Below, piece after piece: positions 7,464 through 18,134 of a stretch of DNA of 64,000 nucleotides. Source of the DNA: Polyangiaceae bacterium. Lineage in GTDB: Bacteria; Myxococcota_A; Polyangia; Polyangiales; Polyangiaceae. The stretch's first letter is position 1. Each line of letters begins with the position of its first letter. Location: the NCBI GenBank assembly GCA_044376115.1, contig JBILLK010000002.1, forward strand, positions 352,001 to 416,000. The letters are read 5' to 3'. The notes below the pieces were generated by a model, which was given only the letters and a program-made list of their open reading frames with translations, made no database searches and had not been told where the DNA came from. The translations under genes were made by a program, and so were the position numbers.

Positions 7464-8489
7464 TCAGCCCTTGAGGCGCTCGATCACAGCGTCGGTGAAG
7501 GCGTCGGTGCCGAGCTCTCCGCCCAGGTCCTTCGTCTTTTGGCCGTCCATGATCGCCTTCTCGTAGGCCTGCTTGATCGCGGCGGACTGCGCGCCCGCCT
7601 TGGCGTCGTCGCGCTCGATCGAGATGTGCTCGAGCATCATCTGCGCGCTCATCAGCAGGGCGAGCGGGTTGGCGATGCCTTTGCCGACGATGTCCGGCGC
7701 GGAGCCGTGCACGGCCTCGAACACGGCGGCGTGTTCACCGAAGTTGGCACCGGGGACGACGCCGAGACCGCCGACGAGGCCGGCGCAAAGATCGCTCATC
7801 ACGTCGCCGTAGAGGTTCTCGAGCAAGAGGATGTCGAAGCGCTTGGGCTCCTGCACGATCTTCATGCAGCCGGCGTCGATGATGACTTCTTCGTACTCGA
7901 TGTTCGGGTACTCGTGCTTGTGCACGTTGCGCGCGCACTTGATGAACAGGCCGTCGGTCAGCTTCATGATGTTGGCCTTGTGCATGGCCGTGATCTTCTT
8001 GCGCCGATTGAGCGTGGCGTAGCGGAAGGCCCAGTGCGCGATGCGGCTGCAAGCCACCTCACTGGCGACCTTCATGCTCATGACGACGCCGGGGAGCACC
8101 TCGTTCTCGACGCCGCTGTAGAGGCCCTCGGTGTTCTCGCGCACGATGATGATGTCGACGTCGTCGTAGCGGGTCTTGATGCCGGGCAGGCTCTTGACCG
8201 GACGCACGGCGGCGTACAGGTTGAGCCGCTTGCGCAAGGTGACATTGACCGAGCGGAAGCCTTCACCAACCGGCGTTGAACAAGGCCCTTTGAGCGCGAG
8301 CTTGTAATGCTCGATCGCCTCGAGCGTCTCGTCGGGCATGGTGTCCCGGCCTTTGGCCAAGGCGGCGACGCCCGCTACGTGTTCGTGCCACTCGATGTCA
8401 CAGCCTGCAGCGGCCAGGATCTTGCGCACGCTGTCCGAAATGCTCGGACCAATTCCATCCCCCGGGATGAGTACGACATGATGGGTCAT
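7464..8489 (-). CDS. icd: NAD-dependent isocitrate dehydrogenase (isocitrate/isopropylmalate DH family)
   Basis: IPGDGIGP, RENTEG, HKANIMK, NLYGD..SDLCAG, FEAVHGSAPDI. Confidence 0.9.
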   Translation of the reverse strand: MTHHVVLIPGDGIGPSISDSVRKILAAAGCDIEWHEHVAGVAALAKGRDTMPDETLEAIEHYKLALKGPCSTPVGEGFRSVNVTLRKRLNLYAAVRPVKSLPGIKTRYDDVDIIIVRENTEGLYSGVENEVLPGVVMSMKVASEVACSRIAHWAFRYATLNRRKKITAMHKANIMKLTDGLFIKCARNVHKHEYPNIEYEEVIIDAGCMKIVQEPKRFDILLLENLYGDVMSDLCAGLVGGLGVVPGANFGEHAAVFEAVHGSAPDIVGKGIANPLALLMSAQMMLEHISIERDDAKAGAQSAAIKQAYEKAIMDGQKTKDLGGELGTDAFTDAVIERLKG

Positions 8490-8606
8490 AAGGCCGCGTA
8501 GCCTAGTCCTTGTTGGCGGTCACTTGAAGCCGCTTCAACCAATCGTGGCGCACGAATTGCCGCTTGAGGCTTGAAGTTGGTCGGCTGGCGGGACTAAGAG
8601 CTGCCC

Positions 8607-9197
8607 ATGGCCAAACACGACATCGTGCGAGCAGGTCATCCGGTGCTGCGTGGGGTGGCGGAGGTCGTGGCGGAGGAGGAGTTCGGCTCCAAGTCGCTGC
8701 GTGAGCTGGTCAAGACCATGGTGGAGGCCATGCGGCGCGCGCCCGGGGTAGGGCTGGCAGCGCCTCAGATCGGCGTAGCCAAGCAAGTGATCGTGCTGGA
8801 AGACGCGGAACGCTTGATGGCGGCGCTCAACCTGGAGCAGCGCAAAGCACGTGGCCGCGTGCCGTTCACCTTGCGCACGCTGATCAACCCAAGCCTCGAG
8901 CTGCACGGCGAGCCGGACACCGTCTTCTTCGAGGGCTGTCTGAGTGTGCCCGGCTTCAGCGCGTTGGTACCGCGGCATTTCCGCGTCACCGTGCGCGGCC
9001 GCGATGAAAAAGGCGACGCCGTGGAGTGGACGACCGAAGGCTGGCCCGCGCGCATCTTGCAACACGAGATCGATCACTTGAACGGCGGCCTTTATGTGGA
9101 CCGCATGCTGTCACGCACCTTCGGCGTGAATGACGAAGTGGCCCAACGTTGGCAGCTGCTTTCGCCGGCCGACGTGCGCGAGAAGCTGCGTGCGTGA
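8607..9197 (+). CDS. def: Peptide deformylase
   Basis: GVGLAAPQIG, EGCLS, QHEIDHL. Confidence 0.97.
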   Translation: MAKHDIVRAGHPVLRGVAEVVAEEEFGSKSLRELVKTMVEAMRRAPGVGLAAPQIGVAKQVIVLEDAERLMAALNLEQRKARGRVPFTLRTLINPSLELHGEPDTVFFEGCLSVPGFSALVPRHFRVTVRGRDEKGDAVEWTTEGWPARILQHEIDHLNGGLYVDRMLSRTFGVNDEVAQRWQLLSPADVREKLRA

Positions 9198-9423
9198 GCC
9201 GCGCCAGCGGCTGGCGACGGCGGCCGAACTCGATCGGCTACCCGACGTGCGGGACGGTCTTTCGCGCCTCGAGCGGGTGATCTTGTGGCAGCACCACGAG
9301 CTCGAGAAAGAGCGCCCCGGTCGCGCGGTGCCCACGGCCATGTTGTACGGCCGCGTGGTCGAACACGTGCCGGTGAGCGTGCCGGAGTTTCAGCGCACGC
9401 TGGCCAAGCTGGTTGGCAAATAA
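9190..9423 (+). CDS. Small protein (77 aa) resembling the N-terminal LPDVRDGL segment of GyrA/ParC
   Basis: GTG overlaps the def 3' end; LPDVRDGLSRLERVIL..VPTAMLYGRV. Confidence 0.7.
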   Translation: MREPRQRLATAAELDRLPDVRDGLSRLERVILWQHHELEKERPGRAVPTAMLYGRVVEHVPVSVPEFQRTLAKLVGK

Positions 9424-9428
9424 AGGCT

Positions 9429-10547
9429 TCAGCGCCAGGTGAGGGCGAAGAAGTCGCGCGTGCTCGGCTCTTTCCAATATTCGCTACGGGGTGCTTTGAG
9501 ATCGGTGAGCAGCGGTGAGCTGACGCTGAGTTCTCCGCCGGCGGCGGGCTGGTACATGATGAAGCGCGTGTACGAATAGTTGATGTCGAGCTCGGCCGCA
9601 TTTTGGATGCCCGCAGCGACGAGCCCATCGGCCAGCCACGAGGCGGTGAGGTAATCACCGATGGCGAAGTAGAGCGTGCGCCCATCGTTGCCGAGACCTA
9701 CGGCGCTGCGGCGAATCTCCTTGTTACCGTCCTCGGCGCCGCCCCACTTCTTCGCCTTGAACTCGTTCTCGGTGTCGAGGTTCTTCTTACCGTCTTCGAT
9801 CAAACACGGCGGGGTTTGGCGGAACCAACGGAAGCCCTCGAGCAAAGGCTGCATGCGCGTATGCGGGAAGACGCGGAAGGTTCCGTCTGCGAGGCGCGCG
9901 AAGGAGCAACCGTCGGCGTTGGCGGCCTGGGCGATCTCACCGTCTTTACCGATGCCGTGCGCGCCGTGGCGCTTTTTGAAGCCGCCGTTGAGCACGGCGA
10001 TCAGCTTGGAGAGGCGATCTTTGGCGACCAGGCCGGGCCTCTTGTCGCGCGGCATCGCGGTGCCCTCGGGCTCATCGGTGCCGAGGATCAGCTCGAGATC
10101 CAAGCGGCTTGTGTCGATCGCTACCAGCTGCACCACGACGAAGGAGCGGATCGGGTGGGGGCGCACCACGGTGGTGAAGAGCGGGGAGGCCGTGCCGGCC
10201 GGTTGATTGGCGACGGTGAGCGGCGTCCATTCACCGTCGCCCGGCTTCTTCGACCGTTCGTGAATCGGCTTGAGGTTAGCGGGCGGGAAGGGCGCATCCG
10301 ACGGCGGCTCCGCCTGCGCGACCGACGTGGTCGCAGCGCTAGGGCTCGCTGACGAGGCCGGGCACGGCGGGCACCCCGGCGCTGTTCCGCACATACAATC
10401 GCTGACCGGCGCGCGTGCTCGATCGCTCGGGGCGGCTGTTGGCGGCGGCACGCGCGCTTCGCTCTCTGGCGTCTGCGAGCTGCTGCAGCCGCCCGCGAGG
10501 CTCGCAAGAAGGAAAACGGCTGCCCAGCTTTGGTCGAGCTTCGTCAT
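9429..10547 (-). CDS. Lipoprotein with phosphodiester-glycosidase (NAGPA)-like domain
   Basis: Start reassigned to MTKLD (RBS GAAGGAAG); lipobox LAGGC; NGGF, RSAVG, AAELDIN motifs. Confidence 0.7.
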   Translation of the reverse strand: MTKLDQSWAAVFLLASLAGGCSSSQTPESEARVPPPTAAPSDRARAPVSDCMCGTAPGCPPCPASSASPSAATTSVAQAEPPSDAPFPPANLKPIHERSKKPGDGEWTPLTVANQPAGTASPLFTTVVRPHPIRSFVVVQLVAIDTSRLDLELILGTDEPEGTAMPRDKRPGLVAKDRLSKLIAVLNGGFKKRHGAHGIGKDGEIAQAANADGCSFARLADGTFRVFPHTRMQPLLEGFRWFRQTPPCLIEDGKKNLDTENEFKAKKWGGAEDGNKEIRRSAVGLGNDGRTLYFAIGDYLTASWLADGLVAAGIQNAAELDINYSYTRFIMYQPAAGGELSVSSPLLTDLKAPRSEYWKEPSTRDFFALTWR

Positions 10548-10664
10548 CGGCTTCCTTCTACCACCGAGCCCCACGCGATGCTGCAGCGGCAACGTTGGCC
10601 TGCTCGCCTCGGCCCACCCATGCGATTGACGCGCCCGCTTGTTCGTGAGCATTAGGCGCCCAGA

Positions 10665-11759
10665 ATGGCTCTTGAAGTTGGCATCGTCGGGCTCCCGAAC
10701 GTCGGGAAAAGCACTCTCTTCAACGCGCTCACCTCCGCTGGCGCGGCCGCGGCGAACTACCCGTTCTGCACCATCGAGCCGAACGTCGGCGCGGTGCCGG
10801 TGCCTGACGAGAACCTGCAGAAGCTGATCACCCTGATCAAGAGCGAGAAGATCGTCCCGGCGATGGTGCGCATCGTGGACATCGCTGGGCTCGTGCGCGG
10901 AGCCAGCAAAGGGGACGGCCTCGGCAATCAGTTCCTCTCGCACATCCGCCAGGTCGACGCGATTTTGCACGTCGTCCGCTGCTTCGAGAACGGGGACGTA
11001 ATCCACGTGGACGGCAGCGTGGACCCGATCCGTGACATCGACACCATCGACACCGAGCTGCTCCTCTCCGACCTCGACAGCGTGTCCGGCTCGCTCGAGA
11101 AGATGAAGAAGCTAGCCACGCACCAGAAGGATCTGGTGCCCACGGTGGACGTGCTCGAGCGTTGCGTGGACGCCCTGAAGCAAGGCAAGCCGGTGCGCTC
11201 ACTCGGCATCAGTGATCCGGTCGAGTTGAAGATCCTCGGCGGCTTTGGGCTGATCACGGCGAAGAAGGTGCTCTACGTCGCCAACGTTGATGAGTCGGAT
11301 CCGCTCGGGGAAGGCCCGCTCGCCAAGCGCGTGCGTGATCACGCCGCAAAAGAAGGCAGCGGCGTCGTTCCGGTGTGCTCCAAGCTCGAGGCCGAGCTCT
11401 CCGAGCTGAGCGGAGATGACAAGGCCGAGATGCTCGAGAGCCTCGGTATGAAAGAGCCCGCGCTCGGCAGCTTGGCGCGCGAGGCGTATCGGCTGCTCGG
11501 CATGACGGTCTACTACACCGCAGGTCCGAAGGAGATCCGCGCCTGGCAGATCCCGGTCGGTTGCCCGGCGCCCAAGGCCGCCTCAGTCATTCACACCGAC
11601 TTCGAGAAGGGCTTCATCCGCGCTGAGATCTACTCGGTGGAAGACCTGGTGAAGTTGAAGACCGAAGCGGCGATCCGCGCCGCCGGTAAGCTGCGAGTCG
11701 AAGGCAAGACGTACATCTTCCAAGAGGGAGACGTCGCTAACTTTCTCTTCAACGTGTGA
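10665..11759 (+). CDS. ychF: Redox-regulated ATPase YchF
   Basis: [41 protein letters not shown]. Confidence 0.98.
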   Translation: MALEVGIVGLPNVGKSTLFNALTSAGAAAANYPFCTIEPNVGAVPVPDENLQKLITLIKSEKIVPAMVRIVDIAGLVRGASKGDGLGNQFLSHIRQVDAILHVVRCFENGDVIHVDGSVDPIRDIDTIDTELLLSDLDSVSGSLEKMKKLATHQKDLVPTVDVLERCVDALKQGKPVRSLGISDPVELKILGGFGLITAKKVLYVANVDESDPLGEGPLAKRVRDHAAKEGSGVVPVCSKLEAELSELSGDDKAEMLESLGMKEPALGSLAREAYRLLGMTVYYTAGPKEIRAWQIPVGCPAPKAASVIHTDFEKGFIRAEIYSVEDLVKLKTEAAIRAAGKLRVEGKTYIFQEGDVANFLFNV

Positions 11760-13684
11760 GCTCGATCGGCGTAACCAAACTGGGCAAGTCCTTCGGGGCT
11801 CGCACGCTGTTCGAGGACGTGAGCTTGATGCTCACGAGCGGCAGACGCTACGGCCTGGTCGGAGCCAACGGCTCCGGCAAGTCCACCTTCATGCGCATCC
11901 TGGCTGGGGATGAGCTGGCCACCGACGGGGAGATCCACCTGGCGAAAGGCGCGCGGCTCGGCGTCCTTCGACAGGACCGCTTCCTCGACGCCGAGGCGCT
12001 GGTGGTCGAGCTGGCGATGGCCGGCGATGAAGAGGTCACGGCGCTGATCAAGGCGAAGACGCAGACCGACGATCCGATCGCGTTGGCCGAGCTCGACGAG
12101 CGCATACGGCTGCTGGAAGGCAATACGCTGCGTGCGCGCGCCGCCTCGATCTTGTCCGGCCTCGGCATCCCCAGCGTGCGTCACGAGCGCCCGCTGGCTG
12201 AGCTTTCGGGCGGTATGCAGCTGCGCGTGTTGCTCGCGCAGGTCCTGGTCGGCCGGCCCGACGTGCTGCTGCTCGACGAGCCCACCAACCATCTCGACAT
12301 CCTCTCGATTCGTTGGCTCGAGCGTTTCCTCGCCGGCTTCGATGGTTGCACCGTGGTGATCAGCCACGACCAACGCTTCCTCGACAACGTCGTCACCGAC
12401 ATCCTCGACGTCGACTTCGAGAGCATTTGGATCTTCCCGGGCAACTACACAAACTTCGAGAAGGACAAGGCGCTGCTCGTCGAGCAGAAGGAGAGCGAGG
12501 TCGCTCGGCTCGAGGGCATCGTCGCTGAGAAGCGAGCCTTTTATGAGCGTTTCCGCGCCAAAGCGACGAAGGCTCGCCAAGCTCAAAGCCGCCTCAAGCA
12601 GATCGAGAAGATCGAGATCGAGGAGGTCAAGCCGACCAGCCGCCGTGCGCCCAAGCTGCTGTTTCAACCGGCCCGCGCCAGCGGTCGTGACGTGCTCACG
12701 GTCAAAGGCGTCGACAAGAGTTACGGCGAGAAGCGGGTGCTCAGCAACGTGACCTTGACGGTCCGTCGCGGCGAACGCGTCGGCATCATCGGCGCCAACG
12801 GCCTCGGTAAATCAACGCTCCTGCGCATCTTGGCCGGTCGCCTCGAGGCCGACCGCGGCGAGGCCGTGTGGGGCCACGAATGCAACGTCGGCTACTTCCC
12901 GCAGGATCACAAAGAGCTCCTGCCGGATCCGCAAAAGACGGTGCTGGATCAAATCTGGGAGCTAGTGCCGAAGGAAGGCACAGCCTTCGTACGCGGGCAT
13001 CTCGGGCGGGTGCTCTTCTCCGGGGACGACGTTAGCAAGAAGATCGAGTCGCTCTCCGGCGGTGAGGCCGCACGCGTGCTATTCGCCGGCATCGCGGTCA
13101 AGTCGCCCAACGTGCTCCTGCTCGACGAGCCCACCAACCATTTGGACGTCGAATCGATCCAAGCGCTCGCGCAAGCCTTGGTCGCGTTCGAAGGCACCGT
13201 GCTGTTCGTCTCCCACAACCGTTGGTTCGTCTCCGAGGTCGCGCAGCGCATCGTCGAGATCCGAGCCGATGGGATCGAAGACTTCCCCGGCACCTACGAT
13301 GAGTACCTAGCCAAAGCTGGGGATGATCACCTCGACGCCAAGGTCGTGCTGCAGAAGCAGAAGGCCGAACAAGGAACGAGCAAAGCCCCCAGCGTCGATA
13401 GCGGGTGGGAAGAACAGAAAAAGCGCCGCAACCGCCTCAAGACCGTGCGCGACAAGAGCCAGAAGGTGACCGAAACCATCGCCGTACGCGAGACCACCTT
13501 GGCCGCCCTCCGCCAGAGCTACTGCGCCGACGGTTACTTCGAGAAGACCCCACAAGCCGAGGTCGATCGCGTGCTCGCGGAAGAAAAGCGTTTAGCCGCC
13601 GAACTGGATGGTTTGATGGCCGAATGGGAAGCTTTCGAGCTCGAGATCGGAGAACTCGCGGCGCTGCTCGGCGAGACGGTCTGA
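11756..13684 (+). CDS. ABC-F family ATP-binding protein
   Basis: Two ABC domains ([29 protein letters not shown] twice), no TM segments, C-terminal coiled coil. Confidence 0.95.
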   Translation: MSSIGVTKLGKSFGARTLFEDVSLMLTSGRRYGLVGANGSGKSTFMRILAGDELATDGEIHLAKGARLGVLRQDRFLDAEALVVELAMAGDEEVTALIKAKTQTDDPIALAELDERIRLLEGNTLRARAASILSGLGIPSVRHERPLAELSGGMQLRVLLAQVLVGRPDVLLLDEPTNHLDILSIRWLERFLAGFDGCTVVISHDQRFLDNVVTDILDVDFESIWIFPGNYTNFEKDKALLVEQKESEVARLEGIVAEKRAFYERFRAKATKARQAQSRLKQIEKIEIEEVKPTSRRAPKLLFQPARASGRDVLTVKGVDKSYGEKRVLSNVTLTVRRGERVGIIGANGLGKSTLLRILAGRLEADRGEAVWGHECNVGYFPQDHKELLPDPQKTVLDQIWELVPKEGTAFVRGHLGRVLFSGDDVSKKIESLSGGEAARVLFAGIAVKSPNVLLLDEPTNHLDVESIQALAQALVAFEGTVLFVSHNRWFVSEVAQRIVEIRADGIEDFPGTYDEYLAKAGDDHLDAKVVLQKQKAEQGTSKAPSVDSGWEEQKKRRNRLKTVRDKSQKVTETIAVRETTLAALRQSYCADGYFEKTPQAEVDRVLAEEKRLAAELDGLMAEWEAFELEIGELAALLGETV

Positions 13685-13763
13685 GGCTGGATCGGCGCTG
13701 GGCGAACGTACGGCCGCTGGGCCGCGCTCCCACGCCGCGACGCCGCGCTCCGACCCCGCCAAG

Positions 13764-14182
13764 TGCGACATTGCGCCAGGTCTCACCGTGACACCGGGCG
13801 ATCTGTCGCATCCTGCGGGGCCTCCGGCCGCTGGGCCGCGCTCCCACCCCGCGATCTGCGACATTGCGCCGAGTCTCACCGTGATACCCGGCGATCTGTC
13901 GCATCCTGCGGGGCCTCCGGCCGCTGGGCCGCGCTCCCACCCCGCGAGGCCGCGCTCCGGACCCGCCAAGTGCGACATTGCGCCGAGTCTCACCGTGACA
14001 CCGGGCGATCTGTCGCATCCTGCGGGGCCTCCGGTCGCTGGGCGGCGCGCACACAACGCCGACCGCGACATTGCGCCGAGTCTCACCGTGACACCGGGCG
14101 ATCTGTCGCACGATGGGGGCGAGGACCAGTGAGCAGTGCGACCTTGGGCGGAGCGATGGTTTATCGCGGGCCTGATGTCGCA
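13764..14182. repeat. Intergenic array of 47-bp imperfect hairpins (REP/BIME-like)
   Basis: TGCGACATTGCGCCGAGTCTCACCGTGACACCGGGCGATCTGTCGCA at 13764, 13857, 13971 and 14064, plus a degenerate copy near 14137; conserved linkers CCGCTGGGCCGCGCTCCC. Confidence 0.92.
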
Positions 14183-14190
14183 GCACGGCG

Positions 14191-15576
14191 CTACTCCGAG
14201 CTTCCAGCGATCGTCATCTTCGACACCCTGATCGTCGGCGAAGCAGTCGAGCTCTTGATCTCGAGATCATTTCCCACCGCATCGATGCGCTTGAGCAGAT
14301 CATCGAGGTTGAGCGAGATCGTGACTTCGTTCACCGGGAAGGCGAGCTCTCCGCGGTCGACCCAGAATCCGCTGGCTCCGCGGGAGAAGTCTCCGGTTAC
14401 GGGGTTGAAGCCGAAGCCCATCATCTCGGTGACGTAGAGCCCGCTGACGGTGCCGCGGATGATGTCGCTCGCTCGTTCGCCGGTGGGGCGGAGGATGTAA
14501 TTGCTGGTACTCGCTCCCACTCCGCCGCCTGCGCTGCGTGAGGCGCTGGCGGTGGACTTGCGACCGAGTTTGCGCGCGCTGTAGCTATCGCAAAGGATCG
14601 TGGTGAGTCGGCCCTTGTCGACGATCGTCCGCGGCGCGCATTCGATGCCCTCGCCGTCGAAGGGGCGCGATCCGAGACCGCGCGGCATCAACGGATCATC
14701 GTCGATCGTGAGCAGAGGGCTTGTGACGACCTCGCCCTCGCGGCCGAGCAAATAGGTCGATTTGCGCCAGAAGGCGCTGCCCATCGCGCAGCTAGCGAAC
14801 AGGCCGAGGATGCTGCGTGCTGCGTCGGGATCGAAGATCACCGGAGCCTCTTGCGTGTTCACTTTGCGCGCCCCGAGCTTGCGGATGGTGCGCTTGGCCG
14901 CCTGCTTACCGACGGCCTCGGCGTCCTCGAGATCCTCACGGAAGCGCTTGGCGGTGTAGTAGAAGCCGCGGCGTTTTTTGCCACCTGCGTCTTCGGCCAC
15001 CGGCACCACCGAGAGCGAGCTCATCGAGCCGGCGTAGCCACCGCGGAAGCCGGCGGAGAGCGCCATCGCGAAGCAGCCGTAGGAGCGCGAATAGGTCGCG
15101 CCGTCGCTGTTGGAGATGCGGCTGTCGGCGTCGCGCGCGGCCGTTTCACCGCGCTTGGCGATGATCAGCGCTTGCGCTGCGGTCACGTCGCCGGTGCGTT
15201 CGTCGTAAAGGTCCAGATCCTGCGGAGGGCCTTTCATGATCGCTTCGTCGTCGGCGGGGCCGGCAAAAGCGTCTTCCTGCGAGATGTCGACGAGTTCGAG
15301 CGCGTCGGCGATGAAGCGCTCCAAGCCTTCCGGCGACAAGTCGCTGGTCGAGGTGAGCGCGACGCGCTTCTGCTTCATCACCCTCATGCCGATGCTGCGG
15401 TGCGCGGCTTCCTCGAGAATCTCGGTCTCGCCCATGCGCACTTTCACCGTCAGCTCCGACCCCGAGCGCGCCCGAACCTCCGCGACTTCAGCGCCGCGAC
15501 TCGTCGCGCGCTTCATCACGTCTTCGGCCAGCTGCATCAGGCGGGCGACTTCCTCTTCAGGCTTCAAGTTACTCAT
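14191..15576 (-). CDS. pmbA: TldD/PmbA family protein (PmbA/TldE-type)
   Basis: SRPFDGEG, GFNPVTGDFSRGASG, NEVTIS; no HExxH motif. Confidence 0.9.
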   Translation of the reverse strand: MSNLKPEEEVARLMQLAEDVMKRATSRGAEVAEVRARSGSELTVKVRMGETEILEEAAHRSIGMRVMKQKRVALTSTSDLSPEGLERFIADALELVDISQEDAFAGPADDEAIMKGPPQDLDLYDERTGDVTAAQALIIAKRGETAARDADSRISNSDGATYSRSYGCFAMALSAGFRGGYAGSMSSLSVVPVAEDAGGKKRRGFYYTAKRFREDLEDAEAVGKQAAKRTIRKLGARKVNTQEAPVIFDPDAARSILGLFASCAMGSAFWRKSTYLLGREGEVVTSPLLTIDDDPLMPRGLGSRPFDGEGIECAPRTIVDKGRLTTILCDSYSARKLGRKSTASASRSAGGGVGASTSNYILRPTGERASDIIRGTVSGLYVTEMMGFGFNPVTGDFSRGASGFWVDRGELAFPVNEVTISLNLDDLLKRIDAVGNDLEIKSSTASPTIRVSKMTIAGSSE

Positions 15577-15591
15577 TCGGGGGGGAGCCTA

Positions 15592-16134
15592 TCAGCCCAA
15601 GGATCGAACACGAGCATCAACCTTGCGCCGCCCGCTCGAAGCAGGCTTTCCGAGATCGTCGAGCGTTTGGCGGGTAAGCGCGACGGCCGCAGCGAAAGCG
15701 AGAAATGAGAGCAGAGAAGGCCCGAGCACCCAAACACCTCCTAACGGAAGAAACATGCTCGATCGAAGAAAAGTCAGCGCGAGGACGCTGAGCGCAAACA
15801 AGACCGCCGCTGCCAGCAAGAGCGCGTCAACGGTGCGGCCCACCCAGCGCGCTTGCACCGCCGCTCGGGTCGTCAGCGAGAAACCACCCGCAAGCAGGGC
15901 CGTCAACACGAGACCCAGGGCGAAGGCTCGGCTCTCTGAAGCGACGATGTTGCCGAGGCTCCAGCGCGCATCGAGCGCAACGCTGGTGAGCAGACTGGGT
16001 GCGACGCTGAACAGCGCAAGCAGGTTGAGGCAACGCAGTTTGGTGGGTTCGAGCGCGAGGCTACCGCTGCGCACCACCTTGGCGAACCAAAGGCCGAGGG
16101 CCAAAAGCAAGAAGGGCGCGATGAAGATGGGCAC
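15592..16134 (-). CDS. Hypothetical membrane protein
   Basis: About five hydrophobic segments; tightly packed between co-oriented genes. Confidence 0.6.
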   Translation of the reverse strand: MPIFIAPFLLLALGLWFAKVVRSGSLALEPTKLRCLNLLALFSVAPSLLTSVALDARWSLGNIVASESRAFALGLVLTALLAGGFSLTTRAAVQARWVGRTVDALLLAAAVLFALSVLALTFLRSSMFLPLGGVWVLGPSLLSFLAFAAAVALTRQTLDDLGKPASSGRRKVDARVRSLG

Positions 16135-16137
16135 GCG

Positions 16138-16638
16138 TCAGGGGGCGCAGGCTTCGGGCACGTCCACCTTCGCCGTTCGAAGCTGATTGCCGACGCGCTT
16201 CTTGGCGATGGCGGCGCTGCTGGCCGCGTCACAGCTCGAAGCGGCCGAAAGATAGGCCGCGCGTTGTTCCACCGGCGCTTCTTTGCCTAGGTCGCGCAGG
16301 GCCTCGCAGCAGGGCGCGGCCTCATCGGAGCGTGGCGCTTTGTTGCGGCTCTTCGCGCTCGCAGCGGAGGTCGGCTTCTTGGTCTTGCTGCCTTTGCTGG
16401 CCTTGGTCGACTTTGCGCCGGGCTCATCGTCGTCATCCTCAGCGGCTGGTTTGGCCGAACCATCCGCAGGGGCGTCTTTGCCGAAGCTCGTGGTAGCGGC
16501 GTACGCGAGACCGACCAGCGGCACCAGCATCAGCCCGCCGATCGCGATGCCGGGGAGCAGCCAAGAGCGCGCGCCAGAGCCTACGCGCCCGCGCGAAAGA
16601 GGAATGTGGATGTCGGAGGAATCATTCGGTGACGTCAC
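16138..16638 (-). CDS. Hypothetical single-TM protein with Cys-containing C-terminal domain
   Basis: TM helix, Lys/Asp linker, CC..C..C tail. Confidence 0.7.
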   Translation of the reverse strand: MTSPNDSSDIHIPLSRGRVGSGARSWLLPGIAIGGLMLVPLVGLAYAATTSFGKDAPADGSAKPAAEDDDDEPGAKSTKASKGSKTKKPTSAASAKSRNKAPRSDEAAPCCEALRDLGKEAPVEQRAAYLSAASSCDAASSAAIAKKRVGNQLRTAKVDVPEACAP

Positions 16639-16654
16639 GAGCTTGCTCCATACC

Positions 16655-17248
16655 TCAAAAATCGAAGGCTCGTTGCGGGCGCCCAGTTTGGCGTCGCGGC
16701 GCTTGCGGTTCCGCCTCGAGCGAAAGCAATAGCGCCTTCGTGCGTACGCCGCCCGGCGCCGAAAAGCCGTGCAGCTGGCCGCGACTGTCGACCACGCGGT
16801 GACACGGCACCAAGAGCGGCGTTGGGTTGGTCGCCATCGCGCGGCCCACCGCGCGAGCCGCCGTCTTGCGGCCGGCGCGGGCCGCGAGTTCGGCGTAGCT
16901 CACGCGAGCGCCACGCTCGATGTCGCGCGCGGCCTCGTAGATCGCGCTGCGGAACTCGGTGAAGCCGGTGCGATCGAGCGGGAGCTCACGCAGCGAAATG
17001 GCCCTTCCACCAAGCGACGCGGCGATGCGTGCGACGGCGTTCTGCACCCAGGTCGGAGCAACCTCCGGCTCAACGTGGGGGAAATCGGCCTGCAGCCGAT
17101 GCTGAGCCACCTCGACGACCGCCCGCTGCGTTGCCGTCTCGGTCTGCGAGGGCAAGGCGATGGCGACGATGCCGTCGGGCGAATAGGCCAGCCCGGTGAC
17201 CCCGAGCGGAGTGTGAAAAAGCAAGTGGGCCAGCAAGGCGCCGAGCAT
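16655..17248 (-). CDS. ogt: Methylated-DNA-protein-cysteine S-methyltransferase
   Basis: SYAELA..ARAVG..NP..VPCHRV. Confidence 0.95.
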   Translation of the reverse strand: MLGALLAHLLFHTPLGVTGLAYSPDGIVAIALPSQTETATQRAVVEVAQHRLQADFPHVEPEVAPTWVQNAVARIAASLGGRAISLRELPLDRTGFTEFRSAIYEAARDIERGARVSYAELAARAGRKTAARAVGRAMATNPTPLLVPCHRVVDSRGQLHGFSAPGGVRTKALLLSLEAEPQAPRRQTGRPQRAFDF

Positions 17249-17403
17249 AGTCCAAGCGAGCCCCCTTTTGTTCGAAGAGGCCGGCGCTAGCAGAAGGATT
17301 GTCGGTCGGCGTAACTCGTGGCAAAGCTCAGCGAGCTGCCTCGCAGCCGATGCCCGGTTGAATCGAGCCGGCGTTGTCCTCGTCCAAGCTGGCTCGGAGC
17401 CCC

Positions 17404-18099
17404 ATGAGCGAAATCGTTTCGAAGATCGTACTTCCCCGACGCTTGTTCCTCTTCGGCCTAGCGGGCCTTGCCGCTGTCGCGGCGCTTCCTGCCGCGGACG
17501 CGCAGGCGGCCAAGCTCACGGCCAAGGATATCGCGCAGAAAGTGCAAAAGTTCTACGACGGAACCACCACCTTCCGCGCAGGCTTTACCCAGGTCTACTT
17601 CATCAAAGTCCAAAACAAGAAGAAGGAGTCCAAGGGCAACGTCGTGTTCGAGAAGCCCGGTAAAATGAGCTTCCACTACGAAGAGCCCAACGGCAACCGC
17701 GTCGTCTCCGATGGCAAGGTGATCAAGGTCTACGAAAAAGACGCCGAGCAGATGTACGAGAGCCCGGTCGAGAAGTCGCAATACCCGGCGGCGCTTGCCT
17801 TCTTGTTGGGCGAGGGCAAGCTCGAGAAGGACTTCAAGCTCAAGCTGCTGGACTCGGCGACGATGAAGTTCGAGGGCGGCTGGGTGCTCGAGTGCGTGCC
17901 CAAAGAGGCCTCGCCGGCCTACCAAAAGATGCTTTTGTATGTGGACGGCGCGACGGCTCAGGTGCGGCGCGTGCTCATCATCGACGCGCAGGGCAACCGC
18001 AACCGCTTCGACTTCGTCGAGCCGGTGGTGAACAAGCCTGTCGAGGCGAGCGAGTTCGAATTCACGCCGCCCAAAGGGACGAAGATCATCAAGCCGTGA
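17404..18099 (+). CDS. lolA: Outer membrane lipoprotein carrier protein LolA
   Basis: Signal peptide, AGFTQ, KPGKM, VSDGK, FEFTPPKG. Confidence 0.9.
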   Translation: MSEIVSKIVLPRRLFLFGLAGLAAVAALPAADAQAAKLTAKDIAQKVQKFYDGTTTFRAGFTQVYFIKVQNKKKESKGNVVFEKPGKMSFHYEEPNGNRVVSDGKVIKVYEKDAEQMYESPVEKSQYPAALAFLLGEGKLEKDFKLKLLDSATMKFEGGWVLECVPKEASPAYQKMLLYVDGATAQVRRVLIIDAQGNRNRFDFVEPVVNKPVEASEFEFTPPKGTKIIKP

Positions 18100-18134
18100 C
18101 GTCGTTCGCGCGAGCTTCGCGCGAGTGAGCGTTC

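Noticed and set aside
13437..14437. Repetitive ORFs over the 47-bp hairpin array
   Set aside because: Open frames on both strands arise from GC-rich repeats; the conserved feature is the DNA hairpin.
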